DNA of 64,000 nucleotides from Nitrosopumilaceae archaeon (GTDB lineage: Archaea > Thermoproteota > Nitrososphaeria > Nitrososphaerales > Nitrosopumilaceae), in assembly GCA_965200155.1 (NCBI GenBank), contig CBDATR010000034.1, positions 128,001 through 192,000 of the forward strand, read 5' to 3'. The translations under genes and the position numbers were made by a program. Within the stretch, counting starts at the first letter, position 1; each line of letters starts with the position of its first letter. The notes below the pieces were generated by a model. It was not told where the DNA came from, searched no databases, and saw only the letters and a list, made by a program, of their open reading frames with translations. Shown here piece by piece: positions 1 to 10,910 of the stretch.

Positions 1-1794
1 CCGGATATTATCACGCGTACGGGCAATGACACGCTGGGAATACTGGCAGACTATTATACAGCCGGGATAGATACCATAGTACAATACTCCACTGAGCCAC
101 AGACACAAGCCGCGGCCATATTTGTTAACGCCAACGACATGATACTGATAAGTCCCATATCCAGCTCCGATAACCTGGGCCGGGCTGCCGATAACATATT
201 CAGGCTGACTCCTCCGGATCCTGCCCTTTACAATGTAATAACGGGAACCATGAGAGATGATGGCATACTGGGCCTTCTCATAGTACATGACGCCGGGACT
301 TTGGATATGGCCGAACAGGTGGCTCTTCAGTTCGGCGAGGGTGCAGTACTGACTGGTGATATCCGCGACGCAAATGATATCGTGATATCGCTGAACCAGC
401 AGTATGGCCAAGAGTACACCGGAATACTCGCTCTGGGAGATGACATCCCGGGTATGCTGGATTTTGCCGTACCATACGTTGATATGGTATCTGCACCCTG
501 GTATGGGGTGGCCGGGGCACTACCCAATACGTACGGCATAACATATACCATGATAGGCCAGGCAGTATCCGGCTCGCCCCATACACAGCTTGTAATGAAT
601 TCAATATCATCACTGCATGGAGTAGTTACACCGCAGGATATGGCCACATTAGAGTCAGTACGGCTGGCCGCCTGGGCACTGTCAGATGATAATGATTCGC
701 CATACCTGTCCATACTGAGAGCTTCCTCGCAGATGTCGCCGCTGTTACTGGAATCAACAAGACTGGATGTTAACGGCGATCTCAACGACACCACTCACGA
801 TATATGGAGGGCAGAACAGTCAGCGTGGATTCATGATCACACACGGGACGCAGATGGGAATATAGTAACAAGTGTATCGGTGGGGCTAGCCATTCCCGTT
901 ACCGGCGAAAAAAATGGTGACGGCCATAACCAGTTGCAGGCGGCCCAGCAGGCCTCATCAGTGTATGGCGGTTCACTGCGTCTTGTCCTTGCAGACACGC
1001 AGGGTGAGCCGCGGCACGCCCTATCCGCGATAGAGACGCTACACGAGCGGGGGATAACTACCATAATAGGTATACCGGATAGCGCCTCGCTGGAGCATAT
1101 ATCATCATACGTGAATGACAATAACATACTAGTCCTGAGCTGCTGCTCGGACTCACCTGAACTGGCATTGCCTGATTCCATATACCGCTTACAGCCGTCC
1201 TTTGATGAGCAGGTACGGGCCCTGCAGCAGGCTATACTACAGGACAGTGTATCACAACTGGTAATAGTTCATGATAATGACCCCCGGGATACACACCTGA
1301 TAGGTGCCATGCAGGATACATTTGACGTGTATGATGTGGCATCTACGGACGAGCAGTGGACCATAAATACAATTGAGCAATGGGAGCGAGTCTCCCGGGA
1401 GACGCCAGCCGGTATTATTCTAACAGATACAAATGGCGCCCGCGATATAATGAATCTGGCTAGCGTATCGCCGGACTTGGCCGGGGCAAAATGGTATGGG
1501 ATAACCAAGGACTCTATACTGCCCGATAATGTATCCGGTTCCATAAACTTTGTAGTGGTATATCCGTCCCAGCAGGCCGATATTGCAACGTATGGCGCCG
1601 TTATTCTGGTGGGCGCCGCCGCTGAAATAGTGAATGTGGGCACCGGCTCCATACTTTCTGAAATAATCCCCGCAATAGCTGGCAGCGTTGATCAAGCGCC
1701 CCTGCCTCTTGATGAGTTCGGTGACATAATGGCTACAGAATATAATATTCTGACATATGTCGGGGACCGGTGGATTGTAACCGGTATACCGTAG
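1..1794 (+). CDS. 5'-partial extracellular protein with repeated type-1 periplasmic-binding (branched-chain amino acid ABC substrate-binding-like) domains
   Basis: Frame is open from base 1. Repeated motifs LISPISSSDNL..DNIFRLTP / LVLSCCSDSPELALPDSIYRLQP, LDVNGDL / LDEFGDI and VGLAIPVTG are typical of PBP1/LivJ-like domains. Confidence 0.65.
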   Translation, partial: PDIITRTGNDTLGILADYYTAGIDTIVQYSTEPQTQAAAIFVNANDMILISPISSSDNLGRAADNIFRLTPPDPALYNVITGTMRDDGILGLLIVHDAGTLDMAEQVALQFGEGAVLTGDIRDANDIVISLNQQYGQEYTGILALGDDIPGMLDFAVPYVDMVSAPWYGVAGALPNTYGITYTMIGQAVSGSPHTQLVMNSISSLHGVVTPQDMATLESVRLAAWALSDDNDSPYLSILRASSQMSPLLLESTRLDVNGDLNDTTHDIWRAEQSAWIHDHTRDADGNIVTSVSVGLAIPVTGEKNGDGHNQLQAAQQASSVYGGSLRLVLADTQGEPRHALSAIETLHERGITTIIGIPDSASLEHISSYVNDNNILVLSCCSDSPELALPDSIYRLQPSFDEQVRALQQAILQDSVSQLVIVHDNDPRDTHLIGAMQDTFDVYDVASTDEQWTINTIEQWERVSRETPAGIILTDTNGARDIMNLASVSPDLAGAKWYGITKDSILPDNVSGSINFVVVYPSQQADIATYGAVILVGAAAEIVNVGTGSILSEIIPAIAGSVDQAPLPLDEFGDIMATEYNILTYVGDRWIVTGIP

Positions 1795-1802
1795 TCCGAG
1801 TA

Positions 1803-2081
1803 TCATGAAAAGCGCTTGATTACATGATATCCATACTGGGTCTTTATCGGCTCTGATACCTGTCCTATACCAAGACTGAACGCGGCATCCTCGAACGGTT
1901 TCACCATGCGACCCCGTGCAAAGTATCCCAGGTTGCCATTACGCTTGGCGCTGGGCGCATCAATGGATAGCTCTTTGGCCAGTACCCCGAACTTCTCGCC
2001 ATTCTTGAGGCGCTCCAGTACTTGTAGTGCCTCGCCCTTCTTCTTTACCAGTATGTGGGAGCATTTTATCTTGGCCTGCAT
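1803..2081 (-). CDS. parvulin-type peptidyl-prolyl cis-trans isomerase
   Basis: CSHILVK, AKELSID, GNLGYF..G.MVKPFEDAAF and SEPIKTQYGYHVIK are parvulin signatures; 92 aa. Confidence 0.95.
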   Translation of the reverse strand: MQAKIKCSHILVKKKGEALQVLERLKNGEKFGVLAKELSIDAPSAKRNGNLGYFARGRMVKPFEDAAFSLGIGQVSEPIKTQYGYHVIKRFS

Positions 2082-2209
2082 GGTGATGTGATACAGTATA
2101 TTTCGTATATAGACTAAGTGATTGCAGTACCTGTGACGAGAATCTAGCGCACGGTAGAACTACCCGGGTATGCAGTTATCTATACCCTGACAAAATATCA
2201 AAACCCGCG

Positions 2210-2571
2210 AGTTTGTTGCATAACTGACTTTGACAGAATACAGGTTCCCCATGTCGTGATCTACGTTGCTGCCGCGTCCACCAACTTGTTGTACTCGTAT
2301 GTTATCCCATTTCCGCGCCATTAATCCGCGCCCGAATAATCGTTTGAACGGGAACCAGCTCTATGATTATCTCGATTATCCATCGCCTGTTGTACCCTTT
2401 TGCCGCCTTCCAGTACTGCTTGTTTTCGGCCTTTTCCTCATCAGAAAGGCGGAAAATGGGCGATTCCGGACTTCCTACAAGACTGCAAGTCCCCATGAGT
2501 TACCTTTCGTTTGGTGGAATTTAGCTGAAGTGGAATGGTTGTCCGGATTCGATTATCACTGCACAATTTCA
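2210..2571 (-). mobile_element. 3' fragment of IS903-like (IS5 family) element, truncated by a MITE
   Basis: Begins with TIR agtttgttgcataact and is a near-identical reverse complement of about 58645-59132; WKAAKGYNRRWIIE motif. Confidence 0.75.
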
Positions 2572-2672
2572 GTATGAGTTCACGTCTTCCGGAATCTTGT
2601 GCACAAATCACATTAACTAGAACAACCTATTCCATCAGTTATGCGTAAATTTAGACACAGGCGAACTCACAC
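2572..2672 (+). mobile_element. IS66-derived MITE (family 1), no TSD
   Basis: gtatgagttcacgt...gcgaactcacac; flanks differ. Confidence 0.9.
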
Positions 2673-2765
2673 AATCAGTTATCATGCAGACTGTAGTGAA
2701 TTCTATCGGTAAAGCTAGGACACAAGAATGATTTGGTATCCGAGTATCCGGTGCATTACATAAGT

Positions 2766-3620
2766 TTAGTCCGACCCAATCATATCTGGATTCCACAACC
2801 CGCGCCTGGTGGCCTCGCCAATTATGGTGTCATATATGCCGGATGCCACATCAAAACATTGGTCAGCCAGTTCCTTGGCTACGGGAATCTTACCATACCT
2901 TGGCGCCTGGTTCATCACTGTTAGAGTGTCCAGATCAGATTTGGATGCTTTAATCCCCCAGTCAGTCGGAACCATGCTGTAAAGGTCTACCAGCTTATGC
3001 GTATGAATGGGCTCGATTCCCGACCATGCCAGCACCGCTTTCAGGGCTTTTTCAGCCGCCTGTTGGGAGGCGTATGCACGGTAGTCTATTTCATATTGTT
3101 CATTGGAATAAACTTTTTTTGCCAACAAAAGATCCTTAAGCGTATGTTCCATGAATTGTGAGCCGGACTCCATGTCATCGGTATAATATAGGTCGTATTT
3201 TAGTATCTGATTGCCGTATAATTCCACTCCTTCCAGTAGGGCCATTCTTTGCACCGAGCCGCGCAAATGGGAATACTTTTCCATGGATGATGGTGTTTCC
3301 ACTATTTTATTGACATCCATTCCCAAACCACTGTCAAGGTATGATGTGCTTAGACTAGCCACCCTCGTATTGGTGCCCTCGGGCATTACAATCATGATAT
3401 CAATATCGCTGTACTTGCTGTAGTCGCCCCGGGCCATGGATCCGAATAATATGACCGATAATGGTTTCAAGTCACGCACTATTCTCTTACAGACAAGTTG
3501 TATTATGCTTGCCTGCTCTGGCAATAACATTGCTACCAATGAGGGCGGCAACGTGATAGAATGATGCTTGGTAGTCATTATATTTGGAGGTGGTAAATCG
3601 GCCAACTCTGTGGATGTCAT
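2766..3620 (-). CDS. fused minimal nucleotidyltransferase (MNT) - HEPN domain protein
   Basis: N-part VILFGSMARGDYSKYSDIDIMIV (GS..RG...SDID motif); C-part ASQQAAEKALKAVL..HTHKLVDL..RY is HEPN-like. Confidence 0.85.
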   Translation of the reverse strand: MTSTELADLPPPNIMTTKHHSITLPPSLVAMLLPEQASIIQLVCKRIVRDLKPLSVILFGSMARGDYSKYSDIDIMIVMPEGTNTRVASLSTSYLDSGLGMDVNKIVETPSSMEKYSHLRGSVQRMALLEGVELYGNQILKYDLYYTDDMESGSQFMEHTLKDLLLAKKVYSNEQYEIDYRAYASQQAAEKALKAVLAWSGIEPIHTHKLVDLYSMVPTDWGIKASKSDLDTLTVMNQAPRYGKIPVAKELADQCFDVASGIYDTIIGEATRRGLWNPDMIGSD

Positions 3621-4803
3621 GGTATTATGATGCGCGTGGTGGTATATTAGTCACTTTGAGAGTATCTGTATGATATTTTGTAAATCTGCCAGTCGTGTCA
3701 ACTAACCATTCCACAACCCGCGCCTAGTGGACTCGTCAATTATTGGAGAATATGCAGAATCAGACAAATCATCAATTTCCAAAACAAAACATTTCTAAGT
3801 GGAATTATTCCAGTAAATATGATGCCCAAATTTAAGACACTCCCTGAAGAAATGAAGCGTCTTCAAGTGAGTCTTGAACGCGCACATAAGGGGATAAAAA
3901 AGAGGGATAAAAAGCTGGAAGAGAGAGATAGGAAGATCAAGGAACTGGAAGAGTCACCTGCAAACTTAACCACACATGAAAGATGATGCATATCTTCACA
4001 AGATGATCAAAGAGAAAGCTGATCCGGATGATGTACGCCATTACGTAAATTTGGAAAACACAGTAAAGGATCACAAAAAGATGCATGACACTGCATTGTT
4101 GACAATCGAGGCATTCTGGTACATTTGCAGTCGTGTGTCAAAAAACATAGGCAATCACGAAAAGACTCTACTATTCAAGGATCTAGATGCGAATTCAGCC
4201 GAACCGGGGTCCAGACGCAAGCTGCTCTTTCATCATGCTACTAGAGCCAGATCAAAAATGACCGAAGCTGAAATAGTAGCGGGGTGAACCAGTCCACGGT
4301 GAGTCGCTATGTCAGCGTCTTATCAAAACCTGTACAGGAAGCACTGGTATCACCGGTGAAGATAACTGAGGCCATAGGTGCGGCAAAAACCAACGAGGAT
4401 ATCACGAACATGCTGGCAGAGGAGGATGGCGTCATACCTTTGATACTGGATGGTACTGCAGTACGGACGGTGCGTCCCATAGACCCCCGGAAACAAAAAA
4501 GTCAATACTCCGGAAAAAAGAAATCACACGGATACACCATACTAATACTGACCGATATTCACGGGGCCACAATATGGACCAGCGACGCCTTTGATGGCAG
4601 TACGCATGATTTTAGTATTCTAAAGCAGTCCATGGCAAAGCTAAATGGTCTAGGATTACTATTTGAGGCCATGATCAAAAAGAACTCCGGATTGAAGGTA
4701 AAACTGTACACGGATCTGGGATTTGTGGGTATAGAAAAGATATTACCGGGAATAATATCCATCCAGCCGCTCAAGAGATCAAAACATGAGAAACTAACAG
4801 AAG

Positions 4804-4895
4804 GTATGAGTTCACGTCTTCCGGAATCTTGTGCACAAATCACATTAACTGTCGCGATCAGTTATGCGTAAATTTAGACACAGGTGAACTCATAC
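4804..4895 (+). mobile_element. MITE family 1
   Basis: 12-bp TIR gtatgagttcac; 8-bp TSD aacagaag. Confidence 0.95.
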
Positions 4896-4968
4896 AACAG
4901 AAGAGCAGAGGAAACACAACGCGCGTATAAACAAGACCAGAATAAAGGTAGAGCAAAGTATAGGGAAG

Positions 4969-6642
4969 GTATGAGTTCACGTGTTTTGATCATTCACTAA
5001 GATATAGATTGGTATGGCAATATTTTACTTAAATACCAAATTTGCAATAAGAATCTAATGAGAAGACGCCGGTCCTATAAGGAATTGGAACTGGAAAATA
5101 AACTTCTTCAGGATACCCTTGCGTCTACCGAGAAAGATCTTGCACATTACAAGGAACGTATGAGAGTATTGGAAGCATATGTGTCCCGCACCATAAAAGA
5201 AATACGAAATCTCACACAAGATTTCCAAATTATTAGGAATTATGTAAATGAATTGAATGAGAAATTAGTAGAAAAAGACAGGAAAATTGCGGTACTCACA
5301 ACGCGACTTAAATATTATGAGAATGCTCACTCGCCACCATCCCTTCAATCCCTCCAGTACAAGAAGCGAAAACAGGAGGAGCAGAAGCGAAAACAGGGAG
5401 ATAATAAGAAACAGAAAGAAGCCAGTACTAAATCAGCCAAAAAGGCTGGCGCTCAAAAGGGACACAAGGGGGTTTCCCGTTCCCACAACCCCGGCAGAAT
5501 AGTGCATCACACCTTTGAGCATACTCCACTATGTGAGTGCGGCAATATGATGACAAAAATTGGTTGGAAACAACGACACATAACGGAATTAATACCAGCC
5601 AAAATAGAGGAGACCCACCATATGATAGAAATGGCTGCATGCAAGTGCGGCAAAAAACAACTGGCCCCAGCAGCGGGCGTCCCAAAGAGTGGTAGTTTTG
5701 GGGTTAAATTATGCGGTGCCATCACTGCATTGCGTGCGGAAAAGATTCCAATAAAACGCATACCTGTAATTTCGAGGGATCTCTTCGGCCTAAATATATC
5801 GGTGGGTGCAGTAAACAACATAATTGCCAGGGCCGCCGATGCATGTGAATCATTTATGGAAACAATTCATGAGAATATAATAAAATCACCCAGCATTCAT
5901 GTGGACGAAACTGGTATATCACTGGCGGGTAGGCGTGGCTGGGTATGGGGGATGCGAGCCGAAGAGTGGATGATGTCCATATATGACAAAAGTAGGAGTT
6001 CAAATGTAGTGAACAAATACCTGAACGGTTACCATGGTGCGATAGTCACAGACAGGTACGTTGTGTACCGCCGGTTTGATGACGGTGGGAAGCACCAGTT
6101 GTGTTGGGCGCATTTATTGCGCGATACCCAGGCATTACATGCAGGATTCTATATCGATCCCGGTGCTCAGGACACCCGGATCAAACTTGACAACGACCTG
6201 AAAGGATTGTTCCGGAGCGCACGGGAATCCCTGAATCACTGCGGGCCGTCCGCGCAATTACGACACTCATTTGAGACAGGAGCAGAATCCATTCTGCATC
6301 AGTACTGTGATGTTGATGATACTGAACTACAAAAGAAGGTAAAAGGATTGAATAAGGCCATACCCGGCATGTTCGTATTCTTAGAATATGACAGTGTAGA
6401 GCCTACCAACAATCCAGCGGAGCAGGCTTTGCGATACGCAGTGGTATTCCGCAAGATCAGTGGTCAGATAAAGGGTGGCGAAAGGGCAATGCGCCGCATG
6501 TCTACATTTGTATCATGTGTTCAGACATGGAGGGCTCAGGGCCTTTCTGTAATGAACGAGGTTGCTGCCAGAATGCAGTTATAATTAAAAAAACTGGGAT
6601 GTATTCTATATTATTATGTGATCAAAACACGTGAACTCATAC
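4969..6642 (+). mobile_element. intact IS66-family (single-ORF, ISBst12-like) insertion sequence
   Basis: Perfect 24-bp TIR gtatgagttcacgtgttttgatca; 8-bp TSD tagggaag on both sides. Confidence 0.95.
5058..6584 (+). CDS. IS66 family transposase
   Basis: N-terminal coiled coil, HSPPS, GAQKGHKG, CECG/CKCG zinc ribbon, HVDETG, VTDRY, QLCWAHLLR, PTNNPAEQALR. Confidence 0.95.
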   Translation: MRRRRSYKELELENKLLQDTLASTEKDLAHYKERMRVLEAYVSRTIKEIRNLTQDFQIIRNYVNELNEKLVEKDRKIAVLTTRLKYYENAHSPPSLQSLQYKKRKQEEQKRKQGDNKKQKEASTKSAKKAGAQKGHKGVSRSHNPGRIVHHTFEHTPLCECGNMMTKIGWKQRHITELIPAKIEETHHMIEMAACKCGKKQLAPAAGVPKSGSFGVKLCGAITALRAEKIPIKRIPVISRDLFGLNISVGAVNNIIARAADACESFMETIHENIIKSPSIHVDETGISLAGRRGWVWGMRAEEWMMSIYDKSRSSNVVNKYLNGYHGAIVTDRYVVYRRFDDGGKHQLCWAHLLRDTQALHAGFYIDPGAQDTRIKLDNDLKGLFRSARESLNHCGPSAQLRHSFETGAESILHQYCDVDDTELQKKVKGLNKAIPGMFVFLEYDSVEPTNNPAEQALRYAVVFRKISGQIKGGERAMRRMSTFVSCVQTWRAQGLSVMNEVAARMQL

Positions 6643-7070
6643 TAGGGAAGATCAAAATGTCAACTAGAATGTCCGACATATATCTTGGAACCATAGATAT
6701 GAAGAGTTTCAGATGGCTTGTGCCATAGTAAACACAATGGTCATATATTAGTCGGGATCAGGATCCCTTCGGACTGCTACCAGCACCGGAATAAGATCCG
6801 TCATGTTCTGATGTCGTCGGGTGTATGTTTCCCTATTCCTCAGATAGTCGTTAACAGTTTCATGCGGGGCACATTATTGTGATTCCCCACATGTTTTTCC
6901 GGCTTTTAGACTAAAAACGACTGTTTTATAATGAAAATTATGTAGATGAATTTATTCCTAGATATTGGCAGTAGATTCTGTACATTTTATGTTTTAGAGA
7001 ACTGATTATTTGTTTGATTCTACATATTCTCTATTACATCATACATGCAGGATGTCACAGCAACGCAGCG

Positions 7071-7162
7071 GTATGAGTTCACGTCTTCCGGAATCTTGTG
7101 CACAAATCACATTAACTGTCGCGATCAGTTGTGCGTAAATTTAGACACAGGTGAACTCATAC
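7071..7162 (+). mobile_element. MITE family 1, no TSD
   Basis: Full TIR-to-TIR copy; flanks acgcagcg / caaaatgt differ. Confidence 0.9.
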
Positions 7163-7218
7163 CAAAATGTGTTCCAGTTTGTTATTATAATCTACGAAAA
7201 ATAAGTTGTAACCTACTC

Positions 7219-7446
7219 TTAGAAAAAACCTCTTGGCACGCTTGATGCAACAGATAACATGACTACTGCATAAAATATACCCCAAATAACAATGGGAAGC
7301 CATATTGACATTATGAGGAATTTTCTGGCTACAGCGTAATCATGTTCCTTGTAAAGGACGTAAAATGCAAGTCCGGCGGTCAAACCCAACAGAGCAATAC
7401 CCGGATACCACCAATTGGATACATTAATCGATGACATGAGTGTCAT
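7219..7446 (-). CDS. small membrane protein (two hydrophobic helices)
   Basis: 75-aa ORF with two TM-like stretches; AT-rich upstream region. Confidence 0.45.
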   Translation of the reverse strand: MTLMSSINVSNWWYPGIALLGLTAGLAFYVLYKEHDYAVARKFLIMSIWLPIVIWGIFYAVVMLSVASSVPRGFF

Positions 7447-7540
7447 AATTATACAAAAAGACTATTTAATAACAAGGTATGAGTTCACACATTCTTCAAT
7501 CGTGTGTCCCATATTTGTTTGTCTGCACCACATCAACCAG

Positions 7541-8442
7541 TAGACCGTATGCGCAGAATCACTTCTCCCACCCTGCACGTCTAAACCAAGTTTTTAGATA
7601 CGGGCAATTGACTTAGTATCATGGGTTTTCCCACACAGACTCGTGTGAAACAGAAAAGTTAAGACCTAATTTTGTAGTACCAGGTATGCTAAAAGCAGAA
7701 GAACTCACCAAGGAGCAGTTAGTCAGAGTACAACCGGATACACACCGAGTCTGAGGCCGAAGTAACAAACCTGCGTGGAAAACTTGAAGCTCACAAAGAA
7801 TGCCCTCGTTTCAAATCTTGATGACATCATAGAACGCAAGGATCAGCTTCATTCCCTGACCGGATGCACCCCGGAAGAGTTCAAATGGATACTAACCAGA
7901 TTCACAGAATACGTAGAGTCCCTGGAAGGCGATGATGCACGGCGATTCTTAGAACTTACAAATGATCGCGGGCACGTGAACAAATTTCCGGTCAGGCATG
8001 TACTCTTAGTTACACTGATACGCCTGCGCTGCAATACAAAGCAGGAGCTGCTGGCAGCAATACTCAAGATAAACCAGTCAAACATATGTAGTTACATCCA
8101 GTTTACAAAGCAGGGACTGATCAAGATACTTCCAACGGCCGATACCGTTGCAAAAGCAATATCGCAAATCAAGTCAGCATCGGACTTTAAGGAAATTGTT
8201 CCAGGCCGAGCCGGAGGGGAGATAAAGACTGACGGGACACATGTACGCGTACAGCGTCCTGAAAAAAATCAGGAGGCAATGTATTCTGGTAAACAAAAAA
8301 CCCACACGTATAACGTACAGATAACATCAAACAAGAAAAGACTGATAATTCACGTAAGTGGAGTATATGAGGGAAAAAGACACGATTATGGCATATTCAA
8401 GAATGACATTCCCCTTGGCGGCAAGTCCCTAGAAGAATCAAC
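7541..8442 (+). pseudogene. second DDE_Tnp_4-type IS: left end plus truncated transposase (ORF 7775-8491)
   Basis: End motif tagaccgtatgcgcagaatc repeated at 13989, 21866 and 59244(-); TDGTHVRVQRP, YSGKQKTH, GKRHD; cut by a MITE. Confidence 0.8.
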
Positions 8443-8543
8443 GTATGAGTTCACGTCTTCCGGAATCTTATGTACAAATCACATTAACTAGAACAACCTG
8501 TTCCATCAGTTATGCGTAAATTTAGACATAGGTGAACTCACAC
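8443..8543 (+). mobile_element. MITE family 1, no TSD
   Basis: Joins the DDE_Tnp_4 fragment to an IS66 fragment. Confidence 0.9.
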
Positions 8544-8909
8544 GCGGGCCGTCCGCGCAATTACGACACTCCTTTGAGGCAGGAGCAGAATCCATTCTGC
8601 ATCAGTATTCTGATGTTGATGGTACTGAACTGCAAAAGAAGGTAAAAGGATTGAATAAGGCCATACCAGGCATGTTCGTATTCCTAGAATATGACAGTGT
8701 GGAGCCCACCAATAGTATTAGTTCACCTGTGTCTAAATTTACGCATAACTGATCGCGACAGTTAATGTGATTTGTGCATAAGATTCCGGAAGACGTGAAC
8801 TCATACGAATAATTACGATAATATCTAACTAAAAAAACTTGGATATCTCCTACCAAGCCAAAAACGCTCTTTCTATATTATTATATGATCAAAACACCTG
8901 AACTCATAC
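8544..8909 (+). pseudogene. IS66 internal fragment and right end
   Basis: 8544-8713 matches 6241-6410; TIR tgatcaaaacacctgaactcatac ends at 8909. Confidence 0.8.
8715..8806 (-). mobile_element. MITE family 1, no TSD
   Basis: Reverse copy inside the IS66 remnant. Confidence 0.9.
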
Positions 8910-8983
8910 GATCAGGTCGCCCCACGAAAATAAAGCGAGAACAGCTGGAGAGGGCCCGTTTATGGGCGCAAAGCTACGTATTC

Positions 8984-9084
8984 GTATGAGTTCACGTCTT
9001 CCGGAATCTTATGTACAAATCACATTAACTAGAACAACCTGTTCCATCAGTTATGCGTAAATTTAGACACAGGTGAACTCATAC
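8984..9084 (+). mobile_element. MITE family 1, no TSD
   Basis: Full TIR-to-TIR copy. Confidence 0.9.
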
Positions 9085-9423
9085 TATTTCTTGATTATCC
9101 GTAATCACCGCTTGTATAGCAAATTAGACATATTCATGTACCTACCATACATGAAAGATGACAATAAATTGTACAACATAAAATTGTATGAAGATTTAAA
9201 ATTACGGAGTTTGTTGCGCAACTCCAAACAAGCAAAAAGTGTACATGAGAAACGGTTTGGGCATTTTGTTACAGTCTTGGATTCTATCATTAATACCCGA
9301 GTATGGTATTCATTGACAACGGCAAATACAACCAGTGAGCGGACGCGGCGGTGACATTGGAAAATTAGATCAAACTAGCCAAAACATCCAACATAAATAC
9401 AAGTAACACGCTCAGAACACACT

Positions 9424-10302
9424 ATGCCCATAAACGAGTACGATGGTTCCATTATCGAGCTTATCGAAATACGCATGATACGCCCCTCCAAGTTCCCCGT
9501 AAGATACGCGGACCCCAAGGATTCTGATGAGAAACTATCACTAAAAGAGAGCATTAGAGAGCACGGCCTGCTCCAACCCATTGTAGTGCGCCCACTGGAT
9601 CACGGCTTCGAGGTAGTGGCAGGACATCGCAGGCTGGCCGCCTGCCGCTCATTACGGCACCAGTTCATCCAGTGCAAGATATGCGACCTCAGCGACCAGC
9701 ACGCCTACGAGATACAAATCATAGAAAACCTACAGCGCAAGACCCTGGACCCCATTGAGGAAGCCGAGGCATACCAGAAGTATGTCCTGGACTTTGGGTG
9801 GGGCGGCATCAAGGACCTGAGCAAGAAAATAGCAAAGAGCCAAGAGTACGTCTACCACCGAATGCAACTACTAAAGCTCCCGGACAGTGTCAAGACTCAT
9901 GTTGTCGACAAGAGAATGAGCGTCAGCCAGGCCTTGGAAATTGTGGGGGCGCCCGGTCCCAAGGAAGAATTAGTGGACAATATAGTCCAAAACAAGCTTA
10001 CCATAAGCCAGATACGCAAGCTAAAGAGTGACATGAATGCGGTAAAAAATGATGACAATGATAACAGTGTGGCGCGCCGCAGCCGGGAATCAGTATCACT
10101 GGAATCTCAAATAACAAAGCGCAACATTTTCGCCCTAAAGATAGCCCTATCAAGAGTGGATGACTTAATCGAGGATGCCCACGGCGCCAAAGATAACGAA
10201 AAGGCGCCAATCATCGAATTCCTCATGAACACCCGCAGGCAGCTTCATACCATGATAGATGAGACCATACGATTCGAAAAGAGTCGCCCCAAAAGAGCAT
10301 AA
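9424..10302 (+). CDS. ParB/Spo0J family protein
   Basis: LKESIREHGLLQPIVVRP, EVVAGHRRLAA, IENLQRKTLDPIEEAEAY followed by an HTH. Confidence 0.9.
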   Translation: MPINEYDGSIIELIEIRMIRPSKFPVRYADPKDSDEKLSLKESIREHGLLQPIVVRPLDHGFEVVAGHRRLAACRSLRHQFIQCKICDLSDQHAYEIQIIENLQRKTLDPIEEAEAYQKYVLDFGWGGIKDLSKKIAKSQEYVYHRMQLLKLPDSVKTHVVDKRMSVSQALEIVGAPGPKEELVDNIVQNKLTISQIRKLKSDMNAVKNDDNDNSVARRSRESVSLESQITKRNIFALKIALSRVDDLIEDAHGAKDNEKAPIIEFLMNTRRQLHTMIDETIRFEKSRPKRA

Positions 10303-10304
10303 CC

Positions 10305-10838
10305 CTATCTTAGGAAGGGCGGACTCCACTCCGCCAGGAATCGCTTGTACTCGGCCTCCGTATATGATAACGCATACATGGATGCATCAGTCTGCGGGAC
10401 AAAGTCATAGACCTCATACGTCTGCAATATGTCGCCAAACAGATTCCGGTAAATATCATTCTCCTCAAAGGCCATCTCCCGGCTCAGAAATGACTTTACC
10501 GTTATCCAGTCATAGCCACCCAAGGTCTTTCCCGAGAACACTACAAAGGGGGCGTCATTCAGATATTTCTTGAGCCCCTCCAGCCTTTTGGGCAGTGCCT
10601 GGGAGCTGCGAAACTTCACCAAGTCAATGTACACCACTCTCCCCTTCACCTTCTTTGTATCGACAGATATGGTATAACCGCGAATCACCCCGTCATCCTC
10701 CATTCCTTTTATGCGGGACTCTATCTCGTCCTGTGGTATATTATATCCATAGCCCCGGAGAAAGTCCCATATAGCAAAGGGTTTCTGCCGGGAATCCTGA
10801 CTTAGCGCAGACAGTATTAAATCGTCTATCTTGTCCAT
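10305..10838 (-). CDS. Lrp/AsnC family transcriptional regulator
   Basis: MDKIDDLILSALSQDSR..RIKGMEDDGVIRGYT winged-HTH pattern. Confidence 0.85.
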   Translation of the reverse strand: MDKIDDLILSALSQDSRQKPFAIWDFLRGYGYNIPQDEIESRIKGMEDDGVIRGYTISVDTKKVKGRVVYIDLVKFRSSQALPKRLEGLKKYLNDAPFVVFSGKTLGGYDWITVKSFLSREMAFEENDIYRNLFGDILQTYEVYDFVPQTDASMYALSYTEAEYKRFLAEWSPPFLR

Positions 10839-10910
10839 TTCATCATTCTATCATTATTTCCATTATTTAACCCGCGCAACTTAACTATAACATGGGAGTA
10901 ACAAAATGTC

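Larger units (their letters stand above)
3746..7031 (+). mobile_element. decayed IS5-superfamily (DDE_Tnp_4-type) element carrying nested MITE and IS66 insertions
   Basis: Imperfect TIRs gagaatatgcagaatcagacaaat (3746) / atttgtttgattctacatattctc (ends 7031). Transposase fragments 3976-4287 and 4284-4803 with ILDGT..RP, YSGKKKSHG, GSTHD and YTDLGFVG motifs; coding sequence resumes at 4896 and 6643. Confidence 0.8.

Noticed and set aside
7045-7245. Short ORFs containing YEFTSSGILCTNHIN or MSSRLPESCAQITLT (also 8602, 21991, 34393, 61991, 62645, 62967)
   Set aside because: These are translations of the MITE. Insertion lengths with TSD (100, 107, 109 bp) are not multiples of three, so there is no in-frame peptide insertion.
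9424-10302. ParB as a sign of a plasmid or provirus
   Set aside because: No parA, rep, integrase or structural genes are nearby; the neighbours are chromosomal.
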